A stretch of 64,000 bases of DNA from IMG/VR virus record IMGVR_UViG_3300043104_000334. One strand, written 5' to 3'. Positions 39,895-49,067 of the stretch are shown one piece after another. The notes beneath the pieces were generated by a model that was not told where the DNA came from, made no database searches, and saw only the letters and a list, made by a program, of their open reading frames with translations. Source of the DNA: a virus. Lineage: Duplodnaviria; Caudoviricetes. Positions within the stretch are counted from its first letter, which is position 1; every line of letters starts with the position of its first letter. Both the position numbers and the translations under genes were made by a program.

Positions 39895-40464
39895 CTACTC
39901 TGCATACCTGCTAATTTTGTCTACAATAAAGTCATACCGTGACATTGTCTCCGGACTAAATGTAGATATCGGAATGTTGAAATCGTTTCTACTAAGCGTG
40001 AACGAAACTTCATCGGTAGACTCGGCATCTCTTAGCTTGGCTCTTGCCTTCATAAGAGCAATACCAAGCCAATCCTTAGCTTCCGATTTCATACATCTAG
40101 AACAAGAGCATGCACCCCATATATTGTCATGCCATCCTGTCGTGTTCTCGACCAACCAAGCATTGCCGGTGCTGAGCAGCTTCCTTTTTAGCCTTTCATT
40201 CTGACTAAACTTAGCTAACACGATTTCACACATGATGTTAAATTTAACATCATCCCAGTCTGGTCTCATTGGGACTGCTCTCCCACGCTTCTTTGCCTGA
40301 CTACCCGTCATATCTACAAACTCACTCGCACGCTCAGGACATTTCTGTGCCTGAAAAGCGCCTTCACTGGTTTTGTATGTTAGCCCATTGTAAGTTACTG
40401 GACTGGCATAGAAATTGCTGAACTCATAATAAACACCACTTCTTCTTCCAAATTTGATTACCAT
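39895..40464 (-). CDS. NADAR-family protein
   Basis: FSNFY, SEGAFQAQK, AKFSQN, LLSTG..LVE, DNIWG, LGIALM. Confidence 0.9.
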   Translation of the reverse strand: MVIKFGRRSGVYYEFSNFYASPVTYNGLTYKTSEGAFQAQKCPERASEFVDMTGSQAKKRGRAVPMRPDWDDVKFNIMCEIVLAKFSQNERLKRKLLSTGNAWLVENTTGWHDNIWGACSCSRCMKSEAKDWLGIALMKARAKLRDAESTDEVSFTLSRNDFNIPISTFSPETMSRYDFIVDKISRYAE

Positions 40465-40504
40465 TTTTAATCATCCTTTCTGACAGGGTATTATTTATAT
40501 TCCT

Positions 40505-40545
40505 TATCATTAGTATATGACATTGATGGTCAAACCTTTTCAGAA
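40505..40545 (-). promoter_or_regulatory. Bipartite promoter-like motif, copy C
   Basis: TTCTGAAA-N18-CATATACTAATGATA, 40 bp upstream of the NADAR gene. Confidence 0.75.
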
Positions 40546-40578
40546 AATAGTAGTTACATGAGTATACCTCATATTCAG

Positions 40579-41325
40579 TCAGATATACCTATATTTACAA
40601 TGCTCCGTTTTGCAGATTTCACACTTAGGAATCTTGGAACAGATTTCACCATATCCGGTTGCTCCATAATGCCAGATAATCTCATTAATAAGAGTAATAG
40701 GCATTTCTAAATCGGTGCTAAGCTTTTCCATTACACTCATAATTTCCCATATAGACACATCTTCGTATCCTGTATAACCAAGCCTGTAAAGAATACGCCT
40801 GATATGCACATCAGGTTTACAAGTGTCTACACCAACATTCCTAAGGTACTGCAATGCAAGCGTCTGTGCAAATCCGTGAATCTTGTAATAACCATCAGAA
40901 AGTAGCTCAGACATTTTGTACGGTTTGACATTTGTAAGCTTATCGACATCTCCAAGTACTTCATCGATTCGCTGCAAAGTTTTTATATTGTCTGCTAACC
41001 CAGACATCTGCCTAACGATGGCTCTGTTGCCGCAGCCAATGCTCCGTATCTCATTTGCAAATTCAACAGGATTTTTACTCATTATATAATCAACATCATA
41101 CTGCTTGAAGATACGACTGATATTTGAGATATTATCCTCTATCTGTTTCCACGGTCTGTTTGCCGATAACAAAGAAAGCACCATAGCCTCAACATGGTCT
41201 TCAAACGTAAATTTGTATCCACCCTTTCTGAGGCTGTACATTTTATAAGAGTAACCCTCTTCCACATTAATACCTATGCTTCTGAGAGTATCCTCCATCA
41301 CTAGGATATCATTATTTTTTGTCAT
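40579..41325 (-). CDS. HhH-GPD / endonuclease III-like DNA glycosylase
   Basis: KPDVHIRRI; C-terminal CSKIPKCEICKTEHC Fe-S-like motif. Confidence 0.75.
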   Translation of the reverse strand: MTKNNDILVMEDTLRSIGINVEEGYSYKMYSLRKGGYKFTFEDHVEAMVLSLLSANRPWKQIEDNISNISRIFKQYDVDYIMSKNPVEFANEIRSIGCGNRAIVRQMSGLADNIKTLQRIDEVLGDVDKLTNVKPYKMSELLSDGYYKIHGFAQTLALQYLRNVGVDTCKPDVHIRRILYRLGYTGYEDVSIWEIMSVMEKLSTDLEMPITLINEIIWHYGATGYGEICSKIPKCEICKTEHCKYRYI

Positions 41326-41336
41326 ACAAATTTTCT

Positions 41337-41563
41337 TTACCGATGCGTATTAAGTTTATCCATATTTTCAAGGACAAAGTACCCAAATCGTTTTACAAGT
41401 GCATCGTAACCATTTAAGCACCAGCTTTTAAAATGTGGCGATAACATGATCTGTTGCATGAATTCATCATAGACCCATGCTCCTCAGCAAAAGCTTTCAT
41501 CTTAAATAAAAGCTCCTCTGTCATCTTATCATCAACTTCTTTAAAAGTCTCATAAGCACCCAT
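41337..41563 (-). pseudogene. Small gene apparently frameshifted by one base in a G run at 41474-41476
   Basis: Good RBS; adding one G joins MGAYETF...EEHG to VYDEFMQQ...NTHR* (75 aa), ending just before the next start. Confidence 0.45.
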
Positions 41564-41654
41564 AATGTACTCCTTTCGATTATTTGTACATTAACAGTAC
41601 TCCTCAAATAGGAATACTATTATAGCGGGTTACGAAATAGTAACCCGCTTTGAA

Positions 41655-41939
41655 TCACATTAAAACATTTGTTCCGTCATAGAATATTGTTGGAAGCCCA
41701 AGGTTCTGAATACTCACCGGAATTCTTCCCATAGGTGTATCATCAACATCAGGTATAACCTCGCGTTTGATACGCTTAATAGAATTACCAATAGTGAGCA
41801 ATTCTTTACGCCGCTTTGTCACAATCCGATTTACTATTGTTTCAGCCGCACCGGACGCTTTAAGCTCATTTGCCTTTCCAACAAGTTCAATAAGGTTTGT
41901 GCAGGAATTGAGCACACTTTCGATTTCTTCTCTCTTCAT
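41655..41939 (-). CDS. Hypothetical protein
   Basis: AGGAGG RBS. Confidence 0.65.
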   Translation of the reverse strand: MKREEIESVLNSCTNLIELVGKANELKASGAAETIVNRIVTKRRKELLTIGNSIKRIKREVIPDVDDTPMGRIPVSIQNLGLPTIFYDGTNVLM

Positions 41940-41951
41940 AAAGCAGCCCTC

Positions 41952-42656
41952 CTAAAATAACCCAGCGATGTTACCATCAGCCCAAACAACATAGGTCATG
42001 ACTGCATCATATAACGCACCATGTGCCCCTGTAACTCTGTCTTTGTTTAAGTTACCATAGATGACATCAACTGCATGTTGCCCATTAGGAATTACGTCAA
42101 TATATTCCTCAAGCTTTCCTTTCTTGTTCTTCATGAGCGAGTACCCATACTTCTCATAGAATAAATCATGATACCGGTCTTTGTAGAGGACCTGCATATC
42201 ATCCGCATAGTATGAGTTAACGTAATGAACCTTACCCCGTTCATAAGCACTCATATTGAGGTCGATAGAAAGGTCTTCGATATCAAACTTGTATCCGGCA
42301 TGTTTCTTGATGAATGCGTTAATAAACGGAATATCAAATGAATTTGAACTCTTGCCGATGATACACGTGCACTGAATCATTGAATTCAATGCGATAAGGT
42401 TCTTTTCAAAGTCCTGTTCATATTGCTTAAGGAACTCCCGCGTAAGTCCGTGGACACGCTGTGCATCTGACTCTATATTGAAATAGGGTTTATAAAAGTA
42501 CAGCGTTCCATATGTCAGGATTTCTCTTCTATCCATATCAATGTTTATATAACCTACCTCAAGTATCTCTGAGTTATCAGATAATTGAGATACACCATTG
42601 ATTGTATCAAACTTAAGAAACCCTGTTGTTTCTATGTCAATAACTGTTCCAATCAT
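41952..42656 (-). CDS. DEDDh 3'-5' exonuclease (DnaQ-like)
   Basis: IDIETTG, FDIPFI, HGALYDA. Confidence 0.88.
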   Translation of the reverse strand: MIGTVIDIETTGFLKFDTINGVSQLSDNSEILEVGYINIDMDRREILTYGTLYFYKPYFNIESDAQRVHGLTREFLKQYEQDFEKNLIALNSMIQCTCIIGKSSNSFDIPFINAFIKKHAGYKFDIEDLSIDLNMSAYERGKVHYVNSYYADDMQVLYKDRYHDLFYEKYGYSLMKNKKGKLEEYIDVIPNGQHAVDVIYGNLNKDRVTGAHGALYDAVMTYVVWADGNIAGLF

Positions 42657-42676
42657 ATAAATCTCCTTTGCTCAGC

Positions 42677-42787
42677 TTACCTTAAAATAGCCTGAATAAC
42701 ACAATAGGCAACCACCCCGATAAGCAACACTGCTAAAATCCCTCTAAGAATTTTCTCTCCTTTTGTCCATGGATATTGCGAATTCAT
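42677..42787 (-). CDS. 36-aa single-TM peptide (not in ORF track)
   Basis: AAAGGAG RBS; MNSQYPWTKGEKILRGILAVLLIGVVAYCVIQAILR. Confidence 0.5.
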   Translation of the reverse strand: MNSQYPWTKGEKILRGILAVLLIGVVAYCVIQAILR

Positions 42788-42811
42788 TTTGTACTCTCTC
42801 CTTTACGCCAC

Positions 42812-43420
42812 TTATTCCTCTGCACCTAATTCTTTTATTAGTTCACTTATACCATTCACTGACTTGTCACTGTAAATCGTGTAGAACTCATGGTGTTCCT
42901 TCTTCCAGTAAAGGTCATCAATGATGTCTGAAAGGTACTGGTTCTGGTTTAACGTGAAGAAAGATAACTGCTTATGCCTATTAATGAAATCGAGCCCAGT
43001 TCTTTCATCATATATCTCCCTGATGTGATTAAGCCATTTTCCAAAGTCTTTGATATGGGAGTTGTCTCTGAGGACAAACCTGCCAAACCACTGTTGTTTG
43101 ATAAGCTGCCTTTCCACTGTTCTTTCCTGCGTTTCACACTCATTCCAAACGATATTATCCGGCTCAACAATAACGTAAGGTATCCCCTGTCTGTCCATTT
43201 CATCAATAACGGATTCTGTCTGGCATATGAATACAAAATCATATTTTCCGGACTTTGCAGCCTCCATAAAATCCCTGATATACTCTTTTTCCCAGCCTTC
43301 CGTCTTTTCATACGTTGAGCTGTCGCTGTCACGCATTGTGTAATTGAATTTGTTCTGGTTGTCTGTCAACCACGTTTTCCCGCAACCTGCAAACACACTT
43401 ATAATTAAAGTTCTCTTCAT
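42812..43420 (-). CDS. P-loop NTPase / kinase-like protein
   Basis: ISVFAGCGKT followed by DSDSS. Confidence 0.65.
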   Translation of the reverse strand: MKRTLIISVFAGCGKTWLTDNQNKFNYTMRDSDSSTYEKTEGWEKEYIRDFMEAAKSGKYDFVFICQTESVIDEMDRQGIPYVIVEPDNIVWNECETQERTVERQLIKQQWFGRFVLRDNSHIKDFGKWLNHIREIYDERTGLDFINRHKQLSFFTLNQNQYLSDIIDDLYWKKEHHEFYTIYSDKSVNGISELIKELGAEE

Positions 43421-43477
43421 GTTTTCCCTTTCCTTATAGGTTCATTCTTATACCTATTAAAATCTCTTATAAATAAC

Positions 43478-44146
43478 TTATGCTGTTCTGTCTTTAATTC
43501 TTTTTTCGAGTACTGACAATCGGTACACTAAGTCTGCAATAGGTTCAACATATTTATTAAACCTACAACCGACTAATATTGTATCATCATCAGAATCAAC
43601 GACACGACATACCTTTGCAAGCACTCTGTAAAATACATCATATCTTGTCGATGTGAATGATACTGATAACGAATCACCAACTTTGATAGAGCGTTCTTCA
43701 AGTTTATCTTTCTTAATAGTCAATCCTAATCCTGTAACAGATACATCATGTGTGTAGCCATCTATAACAGATGTATGCCCATTTATTTGAATAACAGCAT
43801 TTTCACATAAGTATACTCTATAGGCTTCCCTCCTGTTTAGGGGTTCTGCGTTATCGTGAGCCATAATCATAAGATACCATTCTTTGTTGTATGTTACATA
43901 CTTTGTTGCAGATACCTTATATTTGAATGGACGCATAAGTTCTTCATCCATTAGCTCAGCCTCAACATAGCATCCACTTATATCAAGATACTTTCCAGAC
44001 TCAGCGCGAATAGGCTCGACCATGATCATGTGCTTGTCATGTAGACTGGCACCATACCGTATTGTTGTATTGTATTCTTTTGTCTCTCCCTTAACTGTAA
44101 CCTGCAACACTACAGATGTACCAGTCTTATGTTCGTCAATGTACAT
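43478..44146 (-). CDS. PilZ-domain c-di-GMP receptor (YcgR-like architecture)
   Basis: RREAYR (RxxxR) and DVSVTG (DxSxxG). Confidence 0.85.
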   Translation of the reverse strand: MYIDEHKTGTSVVLQVTVKGETKEYNTTIRYGASLHDKHMIMVEPIRAESGKYLDISGCYVEAELMDEELMRPFKYKVSATKYVTYNKEWYLMIMAHDNAEPLNRREAYRVYLCENAVIQINGHTSVIDGYTHDVSVTGLGLTIKKDKLEERSIKVGDSLSVSFTSTRYDVFYRVLAKVCRVVDSDDDTILVGCRFNKYVEPIADLVYRLSVLEKRIKDRTA

Positions 44147-44186
44147 TATTACTCCTAGCCAAAATTATTTACCCCTTATACATTAA

Positions 44187-44465
44187 CTATTCTACTTTAC
44201 CCTTTCGCTTATAGAATATAAGCACAGACCCATAGAGAATCAATGCAAGAACAAAATCTGCAAATGTCTCAATCATTACAAGTTCGGATGGTTTAGTCAA
44301 TATAATATAAATACACCAACTAATATTACCAATCATAGATATTGCAATCCCTAGCAATGAGTAATCATTACTACTCTTTGTTCTCCAAATCTTCACTACG
44401 TACGGCACTGTACTAATGTATGAGCACACATAGAATACTGTGCAAAATACATCTATCATACACAC
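44187..44465 (-). CDS. PQ-loop / SemiSWEET-like 3-TM protein
   Basis: PYVVKIWRTKSSNDYS, three TMs. Confidence 0.75.
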   Translation of the reverse strand: MCMIDVFCTVFYVCSYISTVPYVVKIWRTKSSNDYSLLGIAISMIGNISWCIYIILTKPSELVMIETFADFVLALILYGSVLIFYKRKGKVE

Positions 44466-44468
44466 TCC

Positions 44469-44885
44469 TTACTGCGCAGGCTGAATCTGTTTTGGCAACT
44501 GCACATTTGACTTTATAAGCTTCTTCAACCGGTTCGCAGCTAAAACGATTTCACTGAACTTTACACCGATTGTATTGTTGTTCGGAAATGGAATTGAATA
44601 TGTTGCACCAGTTGTCCGAATGGTGATTACCGGTGTATATGTATCCATATCCATTATGTACATACTACCTCGATTAAAATCGAGTAGAACACCAACGATG
44701 TAAGTCTTACCACTCTGAGAGCAGACCTGAGCAAGTATGAACTGTGATTCCTCGTTTGTCTCCTCGTCATGTTCACCTACAGCTTGATAGTATACAGTTA
44801 CTGTGCCATGTGCAATGGCATTGATGATTTCTTTCATAGTGTATCCTCCACATTGTAATTTATATAAGTTGATTGCTCTATGCAC
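44469..44885 (-). CDS. Hypothetical protein
   Basis: Probable start at MKEII after GGAGG. Confidence 0.6.
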   Translation of the reverse strand: MHRAINLYKLQCGGYTMKEIINAIAHGTVTVYYQAVGEHDEETNEESQFILAQVCSQSGKTYIVGVLLDFNRGSMYIMDMDTYTPVITIRTTGATYSIPFPNNNTIGVKFSEIVLAANRLKKLIKSNVQLPKQIQPAQ

Positions 44886-44958
44886 TCAGGATTAAACTTG
44901 AGTGCATAGATTTTATATCCAAACTAACTACTGTCGCACTACGTAGTGACCACGTTCC

Positions 44959-46107
44959 CTACTTTACATTGTAAACCTTTACAGTCTTACTTGCTGGCTT
45001 AGTGCCATTCACATGAGTTGCCCGTACATAGGAATAAGCACCTTGCTTGTTGCCGACAAAAATGTAAAAGCCATCAACCAGATTGTAATCACCTCTACCT
45101 CTACTTTTACGATAAAAGCCTTTACGATCATGCTCAATAGGCGATGAATGATGCCCACCTTTATAGGTATACTCTCCTGTAACATGATATGCGTTGAGGT
45201 TTACAAGCTTATCAGTTATTTCAGCCTTTTCATTATCCGTAGAACTTCTGACGACATGCACTGCATGCTCCTTATAAATTTTATGCTCTACAGACCCAGC
45301 CTTTTGTATTGTATCCCTATGATTGTAACAATGTACGCAATACATAATTGCATATATAATTTTGTAGGACATCCGCACAAAATAAGCGTTTACAGGCTTA
45401 TCTGAGTCAAGGTCAATAAGGTTGTATATGCCTAATGTAGAATTCTTTGACAGTTTTACCAGACTTGCGTCAAATTTGTAAGCTGGCCCTACACTAATAT
45501 GATATTCATCTTTAAGAATTGCGAGACCGAAGATAGGTGTGACGTCTTTATACTTACTATACATACAATTAGCGCTGAATTCCTTAGCATTATTGAGGTA
45601 TACAGAAGCAACTAAACCATTCTCAGCCCACGTATATTTATCCTTGTAGGTTAAGGGTATTCCATCCATGAATGGTTTAACATGTACAAACCAAATATCC
45701 CCGTCACCAGTTGGCATCTCAATAGTAAGTTCCGGCACATCTGTAATCTTCACATCGTTAATGTAGTCAAATATTGTCCAATCTATATTCAATGCACTAT
45801 AGTAAAAGTGTAAGATAGAGTCATAGTGCGCAGTAAGATCAATAGCATCGTGTGTAACCGCGAAATTCGTACGCCTGCCTGTGTAGCTTGCCATCTTATA
45901 CAACTTCTCATTGATAAGCTTCTTCTTGTCCTCAACAGAACTAAGAAGATGTGAGTAATCTTTTTTCTTCATTCCAAATACGGAATTAGGGATTACCTCG
46001 AGACTTCTGTTATAAAGCCAACGTCCATAATTATCAAAACCCATAATAGTTATCCTCCGTTTTATTTTCATGAATGGCTGATTAGCATAAGTATACCAAT
46101 CAGCCAT
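44959..46107 (-). CDS. Hypothetical phage-type protein
   Basis: C-terminal SSPIEHDRKGFYR resembles the SPxxHxRxGHxR motif of phage proteins. Confidence 0.65.
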   Translation of the reverse strand: MADWYTYANQPFMKIKRRITIMGFDNYGRWLYNRSLEVIPNSVFGMKKKDYSHLLSSVEDKKKLINEKLYKMASYTGRRTNFAVTHDAIDLTAHYDSILHFYYSALNIDWTIFDYINDVKITDVPELTIEMPTGDGDIWFVHVKPFMDGIPLTYKDKYTWAENGLVASVYLNNAKEFSANCMYSKYKDVTPIFGLAILKDEYHISVGPAYKFDASLVKLSKNSTLGIYNLIDLDSDKPVNAYFVRMSYKIIYAIMYCVHCYNHRDTIQKAGSVEHKIYKEHAVHVVRSSTDNEKAEITDKLVNLNAYHVTGEYTYKGGHHSSPIEHDRKGFYRKSRGRGDYNLVDGFYIFVGNKQGAYSYVRATHVNGTKPASKTVKVYNVK

Positions 46108-46130
46108 TCCAGATACAGCAAGAATACTTA

Positions 46131-47222
46131 CTAATCTGCGTTTAGCTGTCTGATATTATCATAGATAGCATTCAGATTCTTAGCCCTGATGGTGTTTGGG
46201 CTATTGATAGCCATAAGTGCATCACAAGGATTAACACTATAAGTAACCATAAAGTTGCATTTTACACCGACTGAATTAAGAATGAATACTACCAACTCAC
46301 AGTAGACACGAGGGTCATACTTGATTTTTTCAGAGGTAATTTTCGTAATCTCTTCTACAGAGTATCCCCAATAATCTGCAAGCTCTTCGACATCAACTCC
46401 CGCAAGTATATCAGCGAAGTTGTATTCTTCCCGCTGTATATTACCATTTCTGAGATACTCAACAACAAACCTTGGATAGTCCTGTGACAGGTCATAAAGT
46501 CTGCACACATCCATTGTCTCACTGTAAGGAATGTTGTACACATACTTAGCAGTAATACTAAGTGTATCATCCCTGTTTGAAGACTTGTAACCCATCAAGT
46601 CCTTATATGTCGTCTTATAATCTGCGAGAACCCCTTCAACCGATAGTCTCATAAACTCATCAACAAGTTCCGGTTTTGTCTTAAGTAACTTGTCGAACTC
46701 ATCAATTCCGAAGCATGCAGCAATACAGTTCATATAGTATAAAGAGTGTAACAGCTTACTGTTCTTCATATCCTCAAACAGTTTTAGTATTTCATTTATT
46801 CTGATTCCGGGCGTCGAGTATTCACCAATACCATCCGGAGTATATGACACCTGATAGTAATACCCTCTAAATAGATGTAAGTATCTATTATACTTAAGGG
46901 CAAGCGTAGGTGTGCCATTTGAGTTCTTTTTAATATACGGCTCAAACTTAAGGTAACCAAGTTTCGCAGCGCTTGCAAGGAATGCATCAAGAGTTTTTTC
47001 CTCTGTCTTGATTTTTCCATAACAAGAGTTAATACGCTCCCAGTTCTTTTCTGGTATGAACTTAATACACTCCTCTGGCTCTGTCTGATAAACCATGACA
47101 TCAGTATAGCCATCTGCCAGAAGCTTTGTGATGACCATGTCACGATTTTTGTGTGTCTCATTGTCTGCTGTCGCAACAGACACACTCACACGGTTTGCGG
47201 CTCTTAATAATTCATTGTTCAT
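46131..47222 (-). CDS. Hypothetical protein with N-terminal ELLRAA peptide
   Basis: First gene after promoter motif copy D. Confidence 0.7.
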   Translation of the reverse strand: MNNELLRAANRVSVSVATADNETHKNRDMVITKLLADGYTDVMVYQTEPEECIKFIPEKNWERINSCYGKIKTEEKTLDAFLASAAKLGYLKFEPYIKKNSNGTPTLALKYNRYLHLFRGYYYQVSYTPDGIGEYSTPGIRINEILKLFEDMKNSKLLHSLYYMNCIAACFGIDEFDKLLKTKPELVDEFMRLSVEGVLADYKTTYKDLMGYKSSNRDDTLSITAKYVYNIPYSETMDVCRLYDLSQDYPRFVVEYLRNGNIQREEYNFADILAGVDVEELADYWGYSVEEITKITSEKIKYDPRVYCELVVFILNSVGVKCNFMVTYSVNPCDALMAINSPNTIRAKNLNAIYDNIRQLNAD

Positions 47223-47340
47223 ACTGTACCTACTTTCTGCACTACTGTGCTATAAAATATTTATACAAAGACTACTGTCTTAGTACACAGGTTTGTAAGA
47301 ATACACTAACATAAGTGTCAATGTGCTGTATTTCGCTCTT

Positions 47341-47381
47341 TATCATTAGTATATGATAATAACGTGATTGTGTTTTCAGAA
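47341..47381 (-). promoter_or_regulatory. Bipartite promoter-like motif, copy D
   Basis: TTCTGAAA-N18-CATATACTAATGATA. Confidence 0.75.
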
Positions 47382-47634
47382 TTGTCATCTCACATCTTTG
47401 ATTACTTACTCATATTATAATTTTAAAGAAGTTGATTAAACATATCTGCTGTAAGACTATCTTATGCTCTTAAGTATTCACATATCTCTATTGATATACC
47501 AAATGTCTTTGTGTCATTTGACGTAAGTCTGATAGAGCGTAATCAAATGTATTTTCAAGACTATTTTTAACTCATAATAAACCTCAAGTTATAATAATAT
47601 TTTGTTGATTTTTTGACAGCTATAATACAACTGT

Positions 47635-48058
47635 TAGTGGACCTGACGGGAGTCGAACCCGTGTCCAAAGATAGTACTCATAGTAACATCTACATCTTAG
47701 GAAAACTTTCAGCGTTTTATATAAGAGTGTGACGGCTTAAGGGTTACCAACCTCTCCTATTACTAGAACTCCACACAATCACGATATCTCCTCTTCCTTG
47801 CTCATGACGGAATCTCACGCATGTTGATTTACGAGCAACATAAATTGACTGTTTACTTTATAGTACTAAACGTTGAGGCAGTATCCACCATCGTTCCAGT
47901 ACCCGGTACTAAACCGGAGGCTATTTACATAAATCCTAAAAATGATTAAGCAGCGATAGCCATTTTACGCGTGTTTGCGCTTATTTTAAATTTGGTTTAA
48001 GGTGACCAACCGATGCAGTTATTTACTTTCGTACCCCTGTCGAAACCATTACAGGCCC
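47635..48058 (-). ncRNA. ssrA: tmRNA; tag (A)ANTRKMAIAA
   Basis: 5' GGGCCTGTAATGGTTTCGAC; 3' GACACGGGTTCGACTCCCGTCAGGTCCA; G3-U wobble in acceptor stem; resume GCA at 47978, stop at 47946. Confidence 0.95.
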
Positions 48059-48260
48059 AGATACTTATTTAATATAAACGTGTTTATAAAATTACAAATG
48101 TGTAGGTATAAGCTTCATAATTATTATAAAGCCTACACCTACAATAATACATTGTCTATTCGTTAGTAGCTATTATCGTTCCTACCTTTGTATAAAGGAA
48201 GCTACCCAGACGATAAGACTAAACCGGACATGTCAGCATACACATTTTTTCTCAAATATT

Positions 48261-48815
48261 TTATGATCGTTCATAGCGATAATATTTCGGTTTATCACCA
48301 AATCTCATTACACCACCATTCTCGTTCCTTAAGTAAACACCGTCTTCTTCTACAGAAAATGTGTACCCCTTCATTCGTCCTGCAGCGAAAGTGCACCTCC
48401 CGGTCATAGGGCCATCAAAGTCATATGAATCGAGTTCCCACTTTTCGGGTTTGGCACATTGATACAGCATGTAAGCCATCCTGACGTTATCGTCTTCACA
48501 ACTGCGCAAAGCTACCCTAAGTGCTTCATTGTGTACGATTTTCTTCAACCATAATTCTGAAGTAAGGTCTGGATTTTTCCACAATCTGCATAATCTGTTT
48601 GTTACACCAAATATCACTCGTGCATTAAATGCTCTCATACCATCCAGCCCAATAGTTGAGTCATCCGTCCTAATCATATTGAGTGTCAGATACATCGTTT
48701 CTTCATCAGATTTTATCCCATTCGCAGACTGTTCAGATGAAACCTCATCTGAATCTTCCCCAATGTTCATCTCAGCTGCTTTAGCAGCGTCTAATAATTC
48801 ATCAAGCATTGACAT
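48261..48815 (-). CDS. Hypothetical protein with N-terminal ELLDAA peptide
   Basis: AAAGGAG RBS before MSMLDELLDAA. Confidence 0.7.
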   Translation of the reverse strand: MSMLDELLDAAKAAEMNIGEDSDEVSSEQSANGIKSDEETMYLTLNMIRTDDSTIGLDGMRAFNARVIFGVTNRLCRLWKNPDLTSELWLKKIVHNEALRVALRSCEDDNVRMAYMLYQCAKPEKWELDSYDFDGPMTGRCTFAAGRMKGYTFSVEEDGVYLRNENGGVMRFGDKPKYYRYERS

Positions 48816-48864
48816 AATAGTTTCTCCTTTAAACATTTATTACTGTTACCGAACCGAACATGTA

Positions 48865-49047
48865 TTAGTACATATACTTCCTATTGTACTCTCTTACACG
48901 TTCGTCATTGTGAGGACAGTCTCCACAGCCCATATGGCTGAAACCATCGTTGTGACAGCCATCACAACTATAACTCTCTACACCAGGACCACGGTCATGT
49001 TCACACCCACACCCAAACAAGATTGGTCCATCAAATTCATCTCCCAT
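48865..49047 (-). CDS. Small Cys/His-rich protein
   Basis: AAGGAGG RBS; CGCEH, CDGCH, CGDCPH. Confidence 0.55.
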   Translation of the reverse strand: MGDEFDGPILFGCGCEHDRGPGVESYSCDGCHNDGFSHMGCGDCPHNDERVREYNRKYMY

Positions 49048-49067
49048 TTTATTCCTCCTTTATTTTA

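Noticed and set aside
47613-47626. TTGACA and TATAAT on the + strand as a promoter
   Set aside because: The spacer is only 2 nt.
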